Origin: Candidatus Binataceae bacterium
Lineage (GTDB): Bacteria; Desulfobacterota; Binatia; Binatales; Binataceae
Assembly (NCBI GenBank): GCA_035650475.1
Contig: DASRHP010000010.1
Coordinates: 138,591 to 202,590 of the forward strand
Length of the DNA stretch: 64,000 bases
Direction of reading: 5' to 3'
Part shown: in pieces, positions 26,914-37,778 of the stretch
How positions within the stretch are numbered: the first letter of the stretch is position 1
Layout: each line of letters opens with the position of its first letter
Made by a program: the position numbers and the translations under genes
Notes under the pieces: generated by a model
Database searches by the model: none
What the model was told of the DNA's origin: nothing
What the model saw: the letters and a program-made list of their open reading frames with translations, nothing else

Positions 26914-27284
26914 TGCTTGGCTATCAGCACGGTGAGTCAGTGCGCAAAATGCCGGGCGCTCCCGGTGTTTGCAAATTTCCCGCCGGCCGCGGACCGGCGT
27001 GAAGTTCGGCGGTTGGCGTCATACGTTTGCCGCGCTGCTTCCGGGAGAGTTCGTCGATGTCTCAAATGGATACATCAACGCTCTCCCAAAACCCGAGCCT
27101 AGACAAAGGTTCGACCAATTTCACGAAAAATTGCAGCGGGTCGCAAATTTCCTTCACTTTGGCACGCTCGCTGCTTGGATCGACAAGGACAAGTTTAAAC
27201 GGCGACAGCCGGTCGGCGTACGGTGCCCACCGCGTGCGGGCTGCCGGTAAGCGTCGGCCCAGCGCCATGGCGCGGGAGGCTCTT

Positions 27285-27770
27285 ATGCAGGTCGAAAGGA
27301 TTATGATTCGCGACGTCAAGACGTGCAGTGCGAACGACACGCTCAATCGCGCCGCCCAACTGATGTGGGAGAACGATTGCGGCTGTATCCCGGTTATCGC
27401 GGCGGACGGCGACGGCCGGGTGATCGGGATAGTCACCGATCGCGATATCTGCATGGCGGCGTACACCCAAGGACGGCCGCTGTTCGAGATCCCGGTGGCG
27501 AGCGCGATGGCGCGTAAGGTCATCGCCTGCTCACCCACCGACGACCTCAAGCGCGCAGAGACGCTGATGCATGACAACCAGATCCGGCGGCTGCCCGTGC
27601 TCGACGAGCGCGGCCGCTTGCTCGGCATCATTTCGATCAACGATATCGCGCGCGAGGCCGCTCGCGAGCGCGCCTCCCGCCGCGGCGCGGTCGAAGTGTC
27701 CGACGCCGAGATCGGCTACACCTTCGAGGGTATCTGTCAGCCCCATCGCCACGATGGGCCCGCCGCTTGA
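27285..27770 (+). CDS. CBS-domain pair protein
   Basis: Start taken at ATG 27285 (GGGAGG 5 nt upstream). There are two CBS motifs: IMIRDVKTCSANDTL..GCIPVIAADGDGRVIGIVTDRDI and MARKVIACSPTDDL..IRRLPVLDERGRLLGIISINDI. Confidence 0.85.
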   Translation: MQVERIMIRDVKTCSANDTLNRAAQLMWENDCGCIPVIAADGDGRVIGIVTDRDICMAAYTQGRPLFEIPVASAMARKVIACSPTDDLKRAETLMHDNQIRRLPVLDERGRLLGIISINDIAREAARERASRRGAVEVSDAEIGYTFEGICQPHRHDGPAA

Positions 27771-27838
27771 GGCGGCGGGCCGTTGCTCGTTAGTTCGCTG
27801 CGCAGGCGCCGGGCGTATGATCGCTTCAGGAGCGCGCC

Positions 27839-29212
27839 ATGTCCTCAAAAAGCGTCATCGTGCTGGGCGCTGGTCTGGCCGGTCTGGCCGCAGCCTACGA
27901 ACTGAGCGAAGCCGGCCACACGGTATGCGTCCTGGAAGCGCGTAGCCGGCCCGGCGGCCGGGTGCATACGCTGCGAGACCCCTTCGCCGAAGGGATGCAT
28001 GCCGAGGCGGGCGCATTCGCCTTCGTCCCCTCCGCGCCTGACTATGTGATGAACTACGTCAGACGCTTTGGCTTGGCGATAACGCCCGCCGTTCCGAACG
28101 AAGTGAGCGGGCTCGGAGTCGTGTATCACTTTCGCGGCCGGCGTGTGCCCGAGTCCGTGCAGATGGACTGGCCGCTCGGGCTTTCCGACGAGGAGCGGCG
28201 GATCGGATTGCCCGCGATGCGCAGCCGCTATCTGCGCTCCGCCGTCGATGAGGTGATTCGCGCCGCCGGCGCCGGCGATCTCGAAGGCGTCCTCCGAAAG
28301 TATGACCGCTACTCGTTTGCCGAGTTCCTCGACCAAGTTGGAGCGTCGCCCGAGGCGGGTGAACTGATGGCGGTCACCGACTGGGACCCGGTGGGCGAAA
28401 AGCTCGACGAGCGTTCGGCGCTCGACGTTCTGGCGCAGACCGCCTGCTACGGCGCCTTTCGCGGCCAGCGCTATTCGATTGTCGGCGGCAACGACCGGCT
28501 GCCCCGGGCGTTCGCCGAGCGCCTCGGCGAGCGCGTGCGCTACGGTGCGGCCGCGGCGCGGATCGAGCAAAATCGCCGCGGCGTGCGCGCGGTGTACATC
28601 CAGGGCGGCAGGGAAGCGGCGGTCGAGGCGGACTACCTCGTATGCAGCCTGCCGTTGCCCGCCCTGCGTGCGATCGAAACCTCGCCCCCCTTGGCCGCGC
28701 TCAAGCGCAGAGCGATCGAGGAGTTGCCGTATTCTTGCGTGACATCGATCGCGCTTCAGTGCCGCACCCGCTTCTGGGGCGAGGCAGGGCTCGCCGGCAG
28801 CGCCTTCACCGATCTGCCGATAAGCCTGCTGTGGGACGGCACCGACAGCCAGCGCACCCGGCGCGGAATTCTCCAGGGAGTGATGACCGGCGCGCGCGCG
28901 CGGCACGCGCTCGCACTCCCGCACGAGCGGCGGGTCGAGTTGATCCTCGATAGCGCCGAGAAGGTCTTCCCGCCGCTGCGAAGCTGGTGCGAAGGCGTGG
29001 AGTACCGATGCTGGGACGAAGAGCCGTGCTCACGTGGAGCCAACGCCTGGTTCAGAACTGGGCAGATGACCGCGCTGATGCCGGCGCTGGCGCAGGCCGA
29101 GGGGCGCTTTTACTTCGCTGGCGAGCACGGCGGCTCGCTGCTGCTGCATGGCTCGGCGCAGGGGGCACTGGAATCCGGCCTCCGCGCTGCCCGCGAGATC
29201 ATCGCCGCGTAA
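27839..29212 (+). CDS. Flavin-containing amine oxidase (FAD/NAD(P)-binding, monoamine/L-amino-acid oxidase-like)
   Basis: The FAD dinucleotide fold is SVIVLGAGLAGLAAAYELSEAGHTVCVLEARSRPGGR. The C-terminal FYFAGEH motif is also present. Confidence 0.8.
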   Translation: MSSKSVIVLGAGLAGLAAAYELSEAGHTVCVLEARSRPGGRVHTLRDPFAEGMHAEAGAFAFVPSAPDYVMNYVRRFGLAITPAVPNEVSGLGVVYHFRGRRVPESVQMDWPLGLSDEERRIGLPAMRSRYLRSAVDEVIRAAGAGDLEGVLRKYDRYSFAEFLDQVGASPEAGELMAVTDWDPVGEKLDERSALDVLAQTACYGAFRGQRYSIVGGNDRLPRAFAERLGERVRYGAAAARIEQNRRGVRAVYIQGGREAAVEADYLVCSLPLPALRAIETSPPLAALKRRAIEELPYSCVTSIALQCRTRFWGEAGLAGSAFTDLPISLLWDGTDSQRTRRGILQGVMTGARARHALALPHERRVELILDSAEKVFPPLRSWCEGVEYRCWDEEPCSRGANAWFRTGQMTALMPALAQAEGRFYFAGEHGGSLLLHGSAQGALESGLRAAREIIAA

Positions 29213-29352
29213 GCTTCGTTTTCACGCAGCGGATTGTGCCGCTTGCGCAATTGAGAGCTGACCTTTGATCAATTTTGCATGCTCGGGCCGGAACCACAGG
29301 ACAATTCGGTCCCGTCTCTTAGCGGCCCGACAGCTTCAGCCTGTGAAATTCC

Positions 29353-29387
29353 CAAAAAACGAGAGCGCCGATTCTTCGTCGGCGCTC
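29353..29387 (-). terminator. Rho-independent terminator of dnaJ
   Basis: A perfect 9-bp stem, gagcgccga (29363-29371) / tcggcgctc (29379-29387), encloses a 7-nt loop. On the minus strand it is followed by GTTTTTTGGG (complement of cccaaaaaac, 29351-29360). It lies 34 nt downstream of the dnaJ stop. Confidence 0.7.
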
Positions 29388-29420
29388 GGGTTGGGCTAGG
29401 TCGGCGGCACGCGAAGATCG

Positions 29421-30551
29421 TTACCCGAACATCTCCTTGAGCTTGTCTACGAAGCCCTTGGAGAGTGGATGGTTGACGGCCTCGCCGTCGATGCGCGCGA
29501 ACTCCTCAAGCAGCTCGCGCTGGCGCGGGGTCAGCCGCCGCGGAGTCTCGATCACCACGCGCACGAGCTGGTCGCCGCGGCCGTAGCCGTGGAGGTCCGG
29601 GAAGCCCTTGCCCTTGAGCCGGAAGACCTTGCCCGACTGCGTGCCGGCCTGGATTTTCAGCTTGACCTTGCCGTCAAGCGTGGGGACCTCGATCTCGGTA
29701 CCGAGCGCGGCCTGCGGAAAGCTGACCGGAACCTCGATAATGACGTCGTTTTCCTGGCGCACGAAGAGCGGATGCTCTTTGACGTGGACCACGACGTAGA
29801 GGTCGCCCGCCAGCCCGCCGGCCCATCCTGCCTCGCCCTCGCCGCGCAGCTTGAGCCGCGAGCCATTGTCTACCCCGGGCGGAATCCGCACCGAGAGCGA
29901 TTCCTGGCGGCGCACCCGTCCCTGCCCCTGACACTTGGGACAGGGATCGGCGATGATCATTCCCTCGCCGCGACAATTGCCACAGGTGGTCGCAATTGAA
30001 AAGAATCCCTGTTGGGTGCGGACCTGGCCCGTTCCACGGCAGTTGGGGCAGGTGCGCACGCCTTCGCTGCCGCCGCCCCGCGCGCGCGTCCCGCGGCAGG
30101 CGTCGCAGGTCGCCAGGCGCTGGAATTTGATGACCTTCTCGGTGCCGCGCGCCGCCTCCTCGAACTCGATCTCGAGGTCGTAGCGCAGGTCGTCGCCGCG
30201 CCGCGAGCGCGAGCGGGTGCGTCCGCGCCCGGTGCCGAAGAAGTCGCCGAAGATGTCGGAGAAGACTTCCTCGAAGCCCTGGGTGAACTCGAAGCCGAAG
30301 CCGCCGCCTTGCGGACCCTGGAAGGCGGCGTGGCCGTAGCGGTCGTACTGCGCGCGCCGCTCGGGATCGGAGAGCACTTGGTAGGCCTCGTTGATCTCCT
30401 TGAAGCGCTCCTCGGCGGCCTTGTCGCCCGGATTACGGTCGGGATGGTACTGGATGGCGAGGCGGCGGTAGGCTTTTTTGAATTCCTCCTCGCTGGCGCC
30501 GCGCGCCACGCCGAGGACTTCGTAGTAGTCGCGTTTGGAGGCGGGAGGCAT
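29421..30551 (-). CDS. dnaJ: Molecular chaperone DnaJ (Hsp40)
   Basis: [15 protein letters not shown]...HPDRNPGD forms the J domain, followed by a G/F region and four CxxCxGxG zinc motifs ([32 protein letters not shown]). Start at ATG 30551 is preferred over the TTG at 30581. Confidence 0.95.
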   Translation of the reverse strand: MPPASKRDYYEVLGVARGASEEEFKKAYRRLAIQYHPDRNPGDKAAEERFKEINEAYQVLSDPERRAQYDRYGHAAFQGPQGGGFGFEFTQGFEEVFSDIFGDFFGTGRGRTRSRSRRGDDLRYDLEIEFEEAARGTEKVIKFQRLATCDACRGTRARGGGSEGVRTCPNCRGTGQVRTQQGFFSIATTCGNCRGEGMIIADPCPKCQGQGRVRRQESLSVRIPPGVDNGSRLKLRGEGEAGWAGGLAGDLYVVVHVKEHPLFVRQENDVIIEVPVSFPQAALGTEIEVPTLDGKVKLKIQAGTQSGKVFRLKGKGFPDLHGYGRGDQLVRVVIETPRRLTPRQRELLEEFARIDGEAVNHPLSKGFVDKLKEMFG

Positions 30552-30658
30552 TGGCGCGATTTTAAACCAGGGCGCGGGCAAAAGTAAGCGGACCGCGAAC
30601 GTTGCGGTTAATCCGGGCGCTCGCGGTCCGCATCAGGGCCATTCTGCTCGGTCACGCC

Positions 30659-32584
<1,926 letters not shown>

Positions 32585-32622
32585 GGTTTCAGGAAACCTC
32601 TAATTCTCCAGATAATCATTAT

Positions 32623-33321
32623 TTATTGGCTTTCAACGCTGCCGTCTCCGCCTTCGCCATCTTTTTGCTCCCCTGAGCCGTCGCTGCGCCCCTTTGCCAC
32701 CACCACCCGCGCCGGACGCAGAACGCGCTCGCCGATTTGGTAGCCGCGGTGGAACTCGCGGATGACCGTGTTGGGCGCGTACTGGTCGCTCTCGATGTGG
32801 TCGGCCGCCTCGTGGAATTGTGGGTTGAAGGGTTGACCGACCGCCTCCTGCGGCGTGACGCCGTGGCGGCGCAGAAGGTCGAGCAGCGAGCGAAGCACCA
32901 TCTCGACTCCCTCTACGATCGGCTTGCCGTTGCCGCCGCCGCGCGCCGCGTCCACCGCGCGTTCGAGGTTATCGATTATGGGTAACAGCTCGCGCAAGAG
33001 GTTCTCGCGCTGAAGCCGGATGTTCTCCTCGCTCTGCTGGCGGATGCGCTTGCGGGCGTTTTCGCCGTCAGCCAGCGCGCGAAGGTACTTGTCTTTGAGC
33101 TCAGCGATTTCGCGCTCCTTTTCGGCAACTTGAGCGCGCAGGGCCTCAAGCTCGGAGTTGGGTGCGGCCTTCGCGGCGCCGTCGCCGCCCGCTTGCCCTC
33201 TGGGGTCGGCAGCGCCTTCAATCGCAGCCTGTTCCTCGCCGAGCCCCTGCGACTCGGAGGCTCCGGGGTCGGAAGCGCCCGCGGTGGGGACGCGATGCTT
33301 GTCATCTTTAGTTTTGCTCAT
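32623..33321 (-). CDS. grpE: Nucleotide exchange factor GrpE
   Basis: Start taken at ATG 33321 (MSKTKDDKH). YLRALADGENARKRIRQ...LLPIIDNLERA...GYQIGERVLRPARVVV are the GrpE signatures. It lies immediately upstream of dnaK. Confidence 0.9.
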   Translation of the reverse strand: MSKTKDDKHRVPTAGASDPGASESQGLGEEQAAIEGAADPRGQAGGDGAAKAAPNSELEALRAQVAEKEREIAELKDKYLRALADGENARKRIRQQSEENIRLQRENLLRELLPIIDNLERAVDAARGGGNGKPIVEGVEMVLRSLLDLLRRHGVTPQEAVGQPFNPQFHEAADHIESDQYAPNTVIREFHRGYQIGERVLRPARVVVAKGRSDGSGEQKDGEGGDGSVESQ

Positions 33322-33435
33322 CGATCGGAAATGCACAGCTTCGAAATACCTTCCACTTAAGATAAGCACGATTTCCTCGCCCGCCAGCATCATGGCCGGC
33401 TTTTCTCAGGATCCCCGAAACTGTGCCCCCATTCG

Positions 33436-33690
33436 CTAGCCCACCGCGCGAAGACGGCGCGGATTGCCCGCCATTATCGACTCGATCTGTTCGGTGGACG
33501 CGCTGAGCGACCTCAGCCGCGGGATGATGTTTTCGTAGATGTGCGAGTAACGTCCGCCGTAGGCCTTGTGACAGATCTTTATCGCGACCTTGGCCGACAG
33601 CAGGATCTGGTCCGCAAAACCAGCGTTGAGCAGCTCGACGATGCAGCGCACCTCCTCTTTGTCGGTCGAGTAGCCCAATCCGGTAGACAG
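33436..33690 (-). pseudogene. Remnant (C-terminal ~85 codons) of a phosphotriesterase-family (PTE, PF02126-type) amidohydrolase gene
   Basis: GLGYSTDKEEVRCIVELLNAGFADQILLSAKVAIKICHKAYGGRYSHIYENIIPRLRSLSASTEQIESIMAGNPRRL follows the C-terminal pattern of PTE/Php proteins (..GY.D.I..SHD......YGG.GY..I...IP.L...G......I...NP...). The SHD catalytic Asp position reads SAK. The ~230 N-terminal codons are absent, and the upstream part of the ORF is low-complexity and runs into the divergent thiolase gene. Confidence 0.5.
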
Positions 33691-33825
33691 GGTTGCCGAA
33701 CAACTCCTCGTGCCCGCGCTGGTCGAACGGGGCTGCGGGTGCTCGATCCGCAAATCTAGCCGGCGCAAGGTCGTGGACGGCGAGGAGGAGAGTTTTGTAG
33801 GCTCGCGAAGGAACGGGTCGGGCCG

Positions 33826-35001
33826 ATGCAGGGTTGGCAATTCAAAGACAGTGCCGCTATCGCCGGCGTCGGCAATTCCGCCTACGGCCGCAGACTCAAC
33901 CGCAGCGCGATCGACCTCGCCGCCGAGGCCATCCGCGCCGCGCTCGCCGACGCCGGCATGGGCCGCGACGATCTCGACGGCCTGATTGTCACTTTCGGCT
34001 CGCCGATCGGCGCCGACGCCGACACGCTGGCGCAGGTGATGGGGCTAAGGCTGCGCGCCTACAACCAGACCTGGGCGCACGGCCGCTTCACCGCGAGCGC
34101 CGTGCAGTGGGCGGCGATGATGGTGGCGGCGGGGTTAGCCAACGCGGTCGCCTGTCTGGCTGCGGTTAGCTTCTCCGCGATGCGCCGGCCGATGATGGGC
34201 GGCGGCGGCGACCGCGAAGGCGCACGCGAGGCCGGCGGCGGCCACGGCGAGGACCCGGTCTATGGGATGACCTCGCCGGGTGCGGGCGCCGCGCTGGTCG
34301 CCCGCCGCTACTTCGAGCGCTACGGGGCGAGCAGCCGCGAGCTCGCCGCCGTGGCCGTCGCGATGCGCCGACACGCCGTGATGAACCCGGCCGCGATCAT
34401 GCGCGAGCCGATCACCGCCGACGACCATCAGCGCTCGCGTTTGGTGTGCGAGCCGCTCCACCTGCTCGACTACTGCCTTATCAACGACGGCGCCGCCTGC
34501 GTGATCGTGACCAGCGCCGAGCGCGCGCGCGACCTGCGCAAGCCGCCAGTTTATATCGGCGGGATGCAGGCGCTGCCCGCCGGCCATCACGAGTTCATCT
34601 GGGCCTACCCGGGCTTCGGCGTCGGCCAGCAGGAAGTCTTCGACTACGCGGCGGGTGAGCAGCCGGTGTACCGGATGGCGGGAATTTCGCAGCGCGATGT
34701 CGACGTATTGTTCACCTACGACGCATTTTCGATCCTGGTCTGGATGGCGCTCGAGCGGTGGGGCTTCTGCAAGCCCGGCGAAGCGGCAGCCTTCACCCAG
34801 GGCGGGCAAATCGAAGTCGGCGGTGCGCTACCGATCAACACCAACGGCGGACTGCTTTCCGAGGCCCACATCATGGGCTGGAACCATCAGGTCGAAGCGG
34901 TACGCCAGCTACGCGGCGAATGCGGGGAGCGCCAGGTCAAGGACGCCAAAGTCGCGCAGTGGGCCAACGTATATGGCGACTCGTTGATCTACCATCGCTA
35001 G
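33826..35001 (+). CDS. Thiolase-like protein, SCP-x / lipid-transfer-protein type (non-condensing thiolase fold)
   Basis: 391 aa. AAIAGVGNSAYGRRL..SAIDLAAEAIRAALADAGM at the N-terminus and NTNGGLLSEAHIMGWN at the C-terminus fit the family. The pairing with the downstream DUF35 gene is the standard arrangement. Confidence 0.8.
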   Translation: MQGWQFKDSAAIAGVGNSAYGRRLNRSAIDLAAEAIRAALADAGMGRDDLDGLIVTFGSPIGADADTLAQVMGLRLRAYNQTWAHGRFTASAVQWAAMMVAAGLANAVACLAAVSFSAMRRPMMGGGGDREGAREAGGGHGEDPVYGMTSPGAGAALVARRYFERYGASSRELAAVAVAMRRHAVMNPAAIMREPITADDHQRSRLVCEPLHLLDYCLINDGAACVIVTSAERARDLRKPPVYIGGMQALPAGHHEFIWAYPGFGVGQQEVFDYAAGEQPVYRMAGISQRDVDVLFTYDAFSILVWMALERWGFCKPGEAAAFTQGGQIEVGGALPINTNGGLLSEAHIMGWNHQVEAVRQLRGECGERQVKDAKVAQWANVYGDSLIYHR

Positions 35002-35026
35002 GCGCGTCCCGCACTGAGGAAGATCG

Positions 35027-35449
35027 ATGGCGCAATACCCGAAGCCGCTGCCCGCCGTGACCCCGCTCAACGCGCCGTTTTGGGAGGGTCTTAAGCGGCG
35101 CGAGCTGCGGCTCCAGCGATGCGACGGATGCAGCCGGATGTGGTATCCGCCGGGGCCGCTGTGTCCGTACTGCTGGTCGGACAAGTTCACGTGGAGGCGG
35201 CTTTGCGGGCGCGGGCGAGTGAACTCCTGGGTCGTTTTCCATCAGGCCTACTTCAAGAGCTTCGAGGCCGAGCTGCCCTACAACGTCGCCGAGGTCGAGC
35301 TTGAAGAGGGGCCGCGGCTGCTCACCAACCTGGTCGGCGTGCGCAACGAGGAGATCCGGGCTGGGATGGCGGTCGAGGTCGTCTTCGAGGACGCGACCGA
35401 GGAAATCACGCTCGCCAAGTTCAAACCCGCCGCCGCTGATCGCAATTAG
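35027..35449 (+). CDS. Zn-ribbon + OB-fold acyl-CoA-associated protein (DUF35 family, PF01796/PF12172-type)
   Basis: 140 aa. FWEGLKRRELRLQRCDGCSRMWYPPGPLCPYCWS forms the rubredoxin-like ribbon, and GRVNSWVVFH...YNVAEVELEEGPRLLTNLVG the OB fold. Confidence 0.85.
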   Translation: MAQYPKPLPAVTPLNAPFWEGLKRRELRLQRCDGCSRMWYPPGPLCPYCWSDKFTWRRLCGRGRVNSWVVFHQAYFKSFEAELPYNVAEVELEEGPRLLTNLVGVRNEEIRAGMAVEVVFEDATEEITLAKFKPAAADRN

Positions 35450-35533
35450 CAGGTTTTACAGCGTCGGCCGGTTTTTGTAATCTGGCGGCAACCAGCCTGT
35501 GCGCTGCGGCCATACGGATGGAGGACTCGCCAG

Positions 35534-36805
35534 ATGCCGAACAATCCGCGGATGCTCGAAGGTTACCGGGTGCTCGACTTCACCCAGTTCGTCGCCGGCC
35601 CCACCTGCACGCGCGTGCTGGGCGAGATGGGTGCCGAGGTGATCAAGGTCGAGCTGGCCCCGGCCGGCGACCGCGTGCGCGCCGGCGGGCTCAAGCCGTT
35701 GACTCCCGAGTACAAGGACTCCAGCCAGAGCACCTATTACCTCCAGCATAACCACAGCAAGCTCAGCTTCGCCGTGGACATGAACAAGCCCGGCGCCCGC
35801 GAGCTCATCTACGCACTGATCCCGAAGATCGACGTCGTGGTGGAGAACTACGCGCCCGGGATTATCAAGAAGATGGGCTTCGGCTACGAGGAGCTGCGCA
35901 AGCTCAACCCGCGGATCATCATGTGCTCGATCTCGGCGCTCGGGCAGAGCGGCCCGCTCTCGCACAAGGTCGGCTACGACTACATGGGCCAGGCCTACGC
36001 TGCAGTCACCGACGGCATCGGCGAGGCCGACCGCGCGCCGGCGGTGGTGACGATGGCGATCGGCGACGTCTCGACCGGGATGTCGGCGGCGATGGCGGTG
36101 GGCTTCGCCCTACTGCATCGCGAGCGCACCGGCGAGGGCCAGTACCTCGACGCGTCGATCCTCGACACCTACTTCCACATGCACGAGGCGAACGTGCCGA
36201 TGGTTTCGCTGCGCGGCAACAAATATCGCCCGACGCGCAACGGCTCGCAGCATCCGGGCGGCGGTCCCACCGGAATTTTCCACTACCGCGACGGCCAGTA
36301 CATTTATCTCGCCGTGATGCCGCATCAGTGGCCGCAGCTGGTGCGCGCGATGGGGATGCCTGAGCTGGCCAGCGACCCGCGCTTTCGCAGCGCGCGCGGC
36401 CGGCGCGACAACAACGACGCGCTCAAGGATATTATCGAGAACTGGCTCGCCACCTTCCCCAGCCGCGACGACGCGCTCGCCGCGCTCGACAAGGAGCGCG
36501 TGGCCTGCGCGCCCGTGCTCACGCTCAACGAGGCGATGGAGCATCCGCATCTGCGCGCGCGCAAGACCGTGCGCCGGGTCAGGGACCGGTTCCTCGGGGA
36601 CGTGGATATCCCGGGCCTGCCGGTGAAGTTCTCGGCGTGGCCCGACAAACTCGACGTGCGCGCGGCGCTGCTCGGTGAGGACAACGAGCGCGTGCTGCGC
36701 GAGCTGCTTGGGATGGACGACAGCCGCATCCGCGAGCTCTACGCGCAGGGCGTGCTGGTGCGCGACCCGGTGCTCGAGGCGCAGCCGCAGATCCAGGCCT
36801 CGTAG
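35534..36805 (+). CDS. Family III CoA-transferase (CaiB/BaiF, PF02515-type)
   Basis: LEGYRVLDFTQFVAGPTCTRVLGEMGAEVIKVE...DVVVENYAPG...GYDYMGQAYAA are signature stretches of the family. Confidence 0.9.
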   Translation: MPNNPRMLEGYRVLDFTQFVAGPTCTRVLGEMGAEVIKVELAPAGDRVRAGGLKPLTPEYKDSSQSTYYLQHNHSKLSFAVDMNKPGARELIYALIPKIDVVVENYAPGIIKKMGFGYEELRKLNPRIIMCSISALGQSGPLSHKVGYDYMGQAYAAVTDGIGEADRAPAVVTMAIGDVSTGMSAAMAVGFALLHRERTGEGQYLDASILDTYFHMHEANVPMVSLRGNKYRPTRNGSQHPGGGPTGIFHYRDGQYIYLAVMPHQWPQLVRAMGMPELASDPRFRSARGRRDNNDALKDIIENWLATFPSRDDALAALDKERVACAPVLTLNEAMEHPHLRARKTVRRVRDRFLGDVDIPGLPVKFSAWPDKLDVRAALLGEDNERVLRELLGMDDSRIRELYAQGVLVRDPVLEAQPQIQAS

Positions 36806-36830
36806 ACGAACGAAGCGGGAATTGAAAATG

Positions 36831-36865
36831 AAGCGGGCGGCCGTGCGGCCGCCCGCTTTTCTTTC
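36831..36865. terminator. Rho-independent (probably bidirectional) terminator between the convergent CoA-transferase and DUF1329-like genes
   Basis: A perfect 12-bp stem, aagcgggcggcc (36831-36842) / ggccgcccgctt (36847-36858), encloses a 4-nt loop. It is followed by ttctttc on the + strand and preceded by gaaaat (a T-run on the minus strand). Confidence 0.7.
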
Positions 36866-36905
36866 GAGGGCGTGCGGCTGGCTCGGGCCGCGGGCCGCTG
36901 CGCGC

Positions 36906-37778
36906 TCAACGCATTATCTGCATCAGGCCGCCCGGCGTCGCGTACTTGCTGAAGTTGTGATACTCCGAGGGCGCGTCGCTGTTAAACACCGCTTCGTGGC
37001 CGTATTTGTCCATGCTCGAAAAGCAGGTTTCGTGATCATTCTGGATGTCGATGCCGCATCCGCTGTAGGAATTGGTAACTACTTTTCCGATCTCCGGCAC
37101 GCTAACCACATGCGCCCCCGGGCCCATGAAGATTTTCCACAGCTTCATGTTGGCGCCATAGACTTCCTCCCAGATCGCGTACCAGAATGCGTTGTCGACA
37201 TACATGATCCGGCTCCCATAGCAGTAGCCCGGTCGCTCTGAGGGTGCTCGTCGGACATCGATTACGTTGACATCGCGCAATTCCCACTTGCCCCAGGCGG
37301 GCGTCGGCAGGCCCAATTGCAGGATTTTTCTCTGGCCGAGGAATTTTGCGTCAAACAGCGCGAGGCCGCCGTTGAAACCGGTGGTCTTGTAGTCGTCCTG
37401 CACGAAGTCGCTGCCGACCACCGGCGCGCATCGTGCGGTCACCGACAGCCGCAACGAGCGACGCAGCGGGGGCACGAAGACGTAGCTGTCCTGCGGAAGC
37501 TCGTTGTTGCGATGGAAGACGATCAGATTGGCCGTGTACTTGGACTGCTCAGGCTCCTCGACCATCAGCGCTTCCGTAAACCATGCGTCGCCAGCTCGCG
37601 GATCGTCGCGCGGCACTCCCGGGTAGGTGTTATAGCGCTCCTGGCGATAGACAACGGCGTTTGACAGTGCAGACGTGGCGGAGCTACATCGCCGATCAGC
37701 CGCGCGCGGTATCAGGTGATCGAGCGCTGGTCGCGCGCGCGGAAGGAGGACGCCATGGCCGACGGTCCGCGCTCGCAA
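36906..37778 (-). CDS. DUF1329-family (LolA-like outer-membrane lipoprotein-sorting fold) protein, N-terminally truncated; possible pseudogene
   Basis: YVFVPPLRRSLRLSVTARCAPVVGSDFVQDDYKTTGFNGGLALFDAKFLGQRKIL matches the central DUF1329 pattern (yvP.lRRVRR......d...GSD...DD...FnG....y.WKL.G.ke). Only about 250 homologous residues are present. There is no signal peptide, and the ORF's first ~40 codons are Arg-rich filler overlapping the divergent cupin gene. G+C is visibly lower than in the neighbours. Confidence 0.5.
   Translation of the reverse strand: MRARTVGHGVLLPRARPALDHLIPRAADRRCSSATSALSNAVVYRQERYNTYPGVPRDDPRAGDAWFTEALMVEEPEQSKYTANLIVFHRNNELPQDSYVFVPPLRRSLRLSVTARCAPVVGSDFVQDDYKTTGFNGGLALFDAKFLGQRKILQLGLPTPAWGKWELRDVNVIDVRRAPSERPGYCYGSRIMYVDNAFWYAIWEEVYGANMKLWKIFMGPGAHVVSVPEIGKVVTNSYSGCGIDIQNDHETCFSSMDKYGHEAVFNSDAPSEYHNFSKYATPGGLMQIMR

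Noticed and set aside
33322-33440. Expected CIRCE operator or a clear sigma-32 promoter upstream of grpE
   Set aside because: Reading both strands gave no match close to TTAGCACTC-N9-GAGTGCTAA and no convincing CTTGAAA/CCCCAT pair. Its absence is reported as a finding rather than annotating a site.
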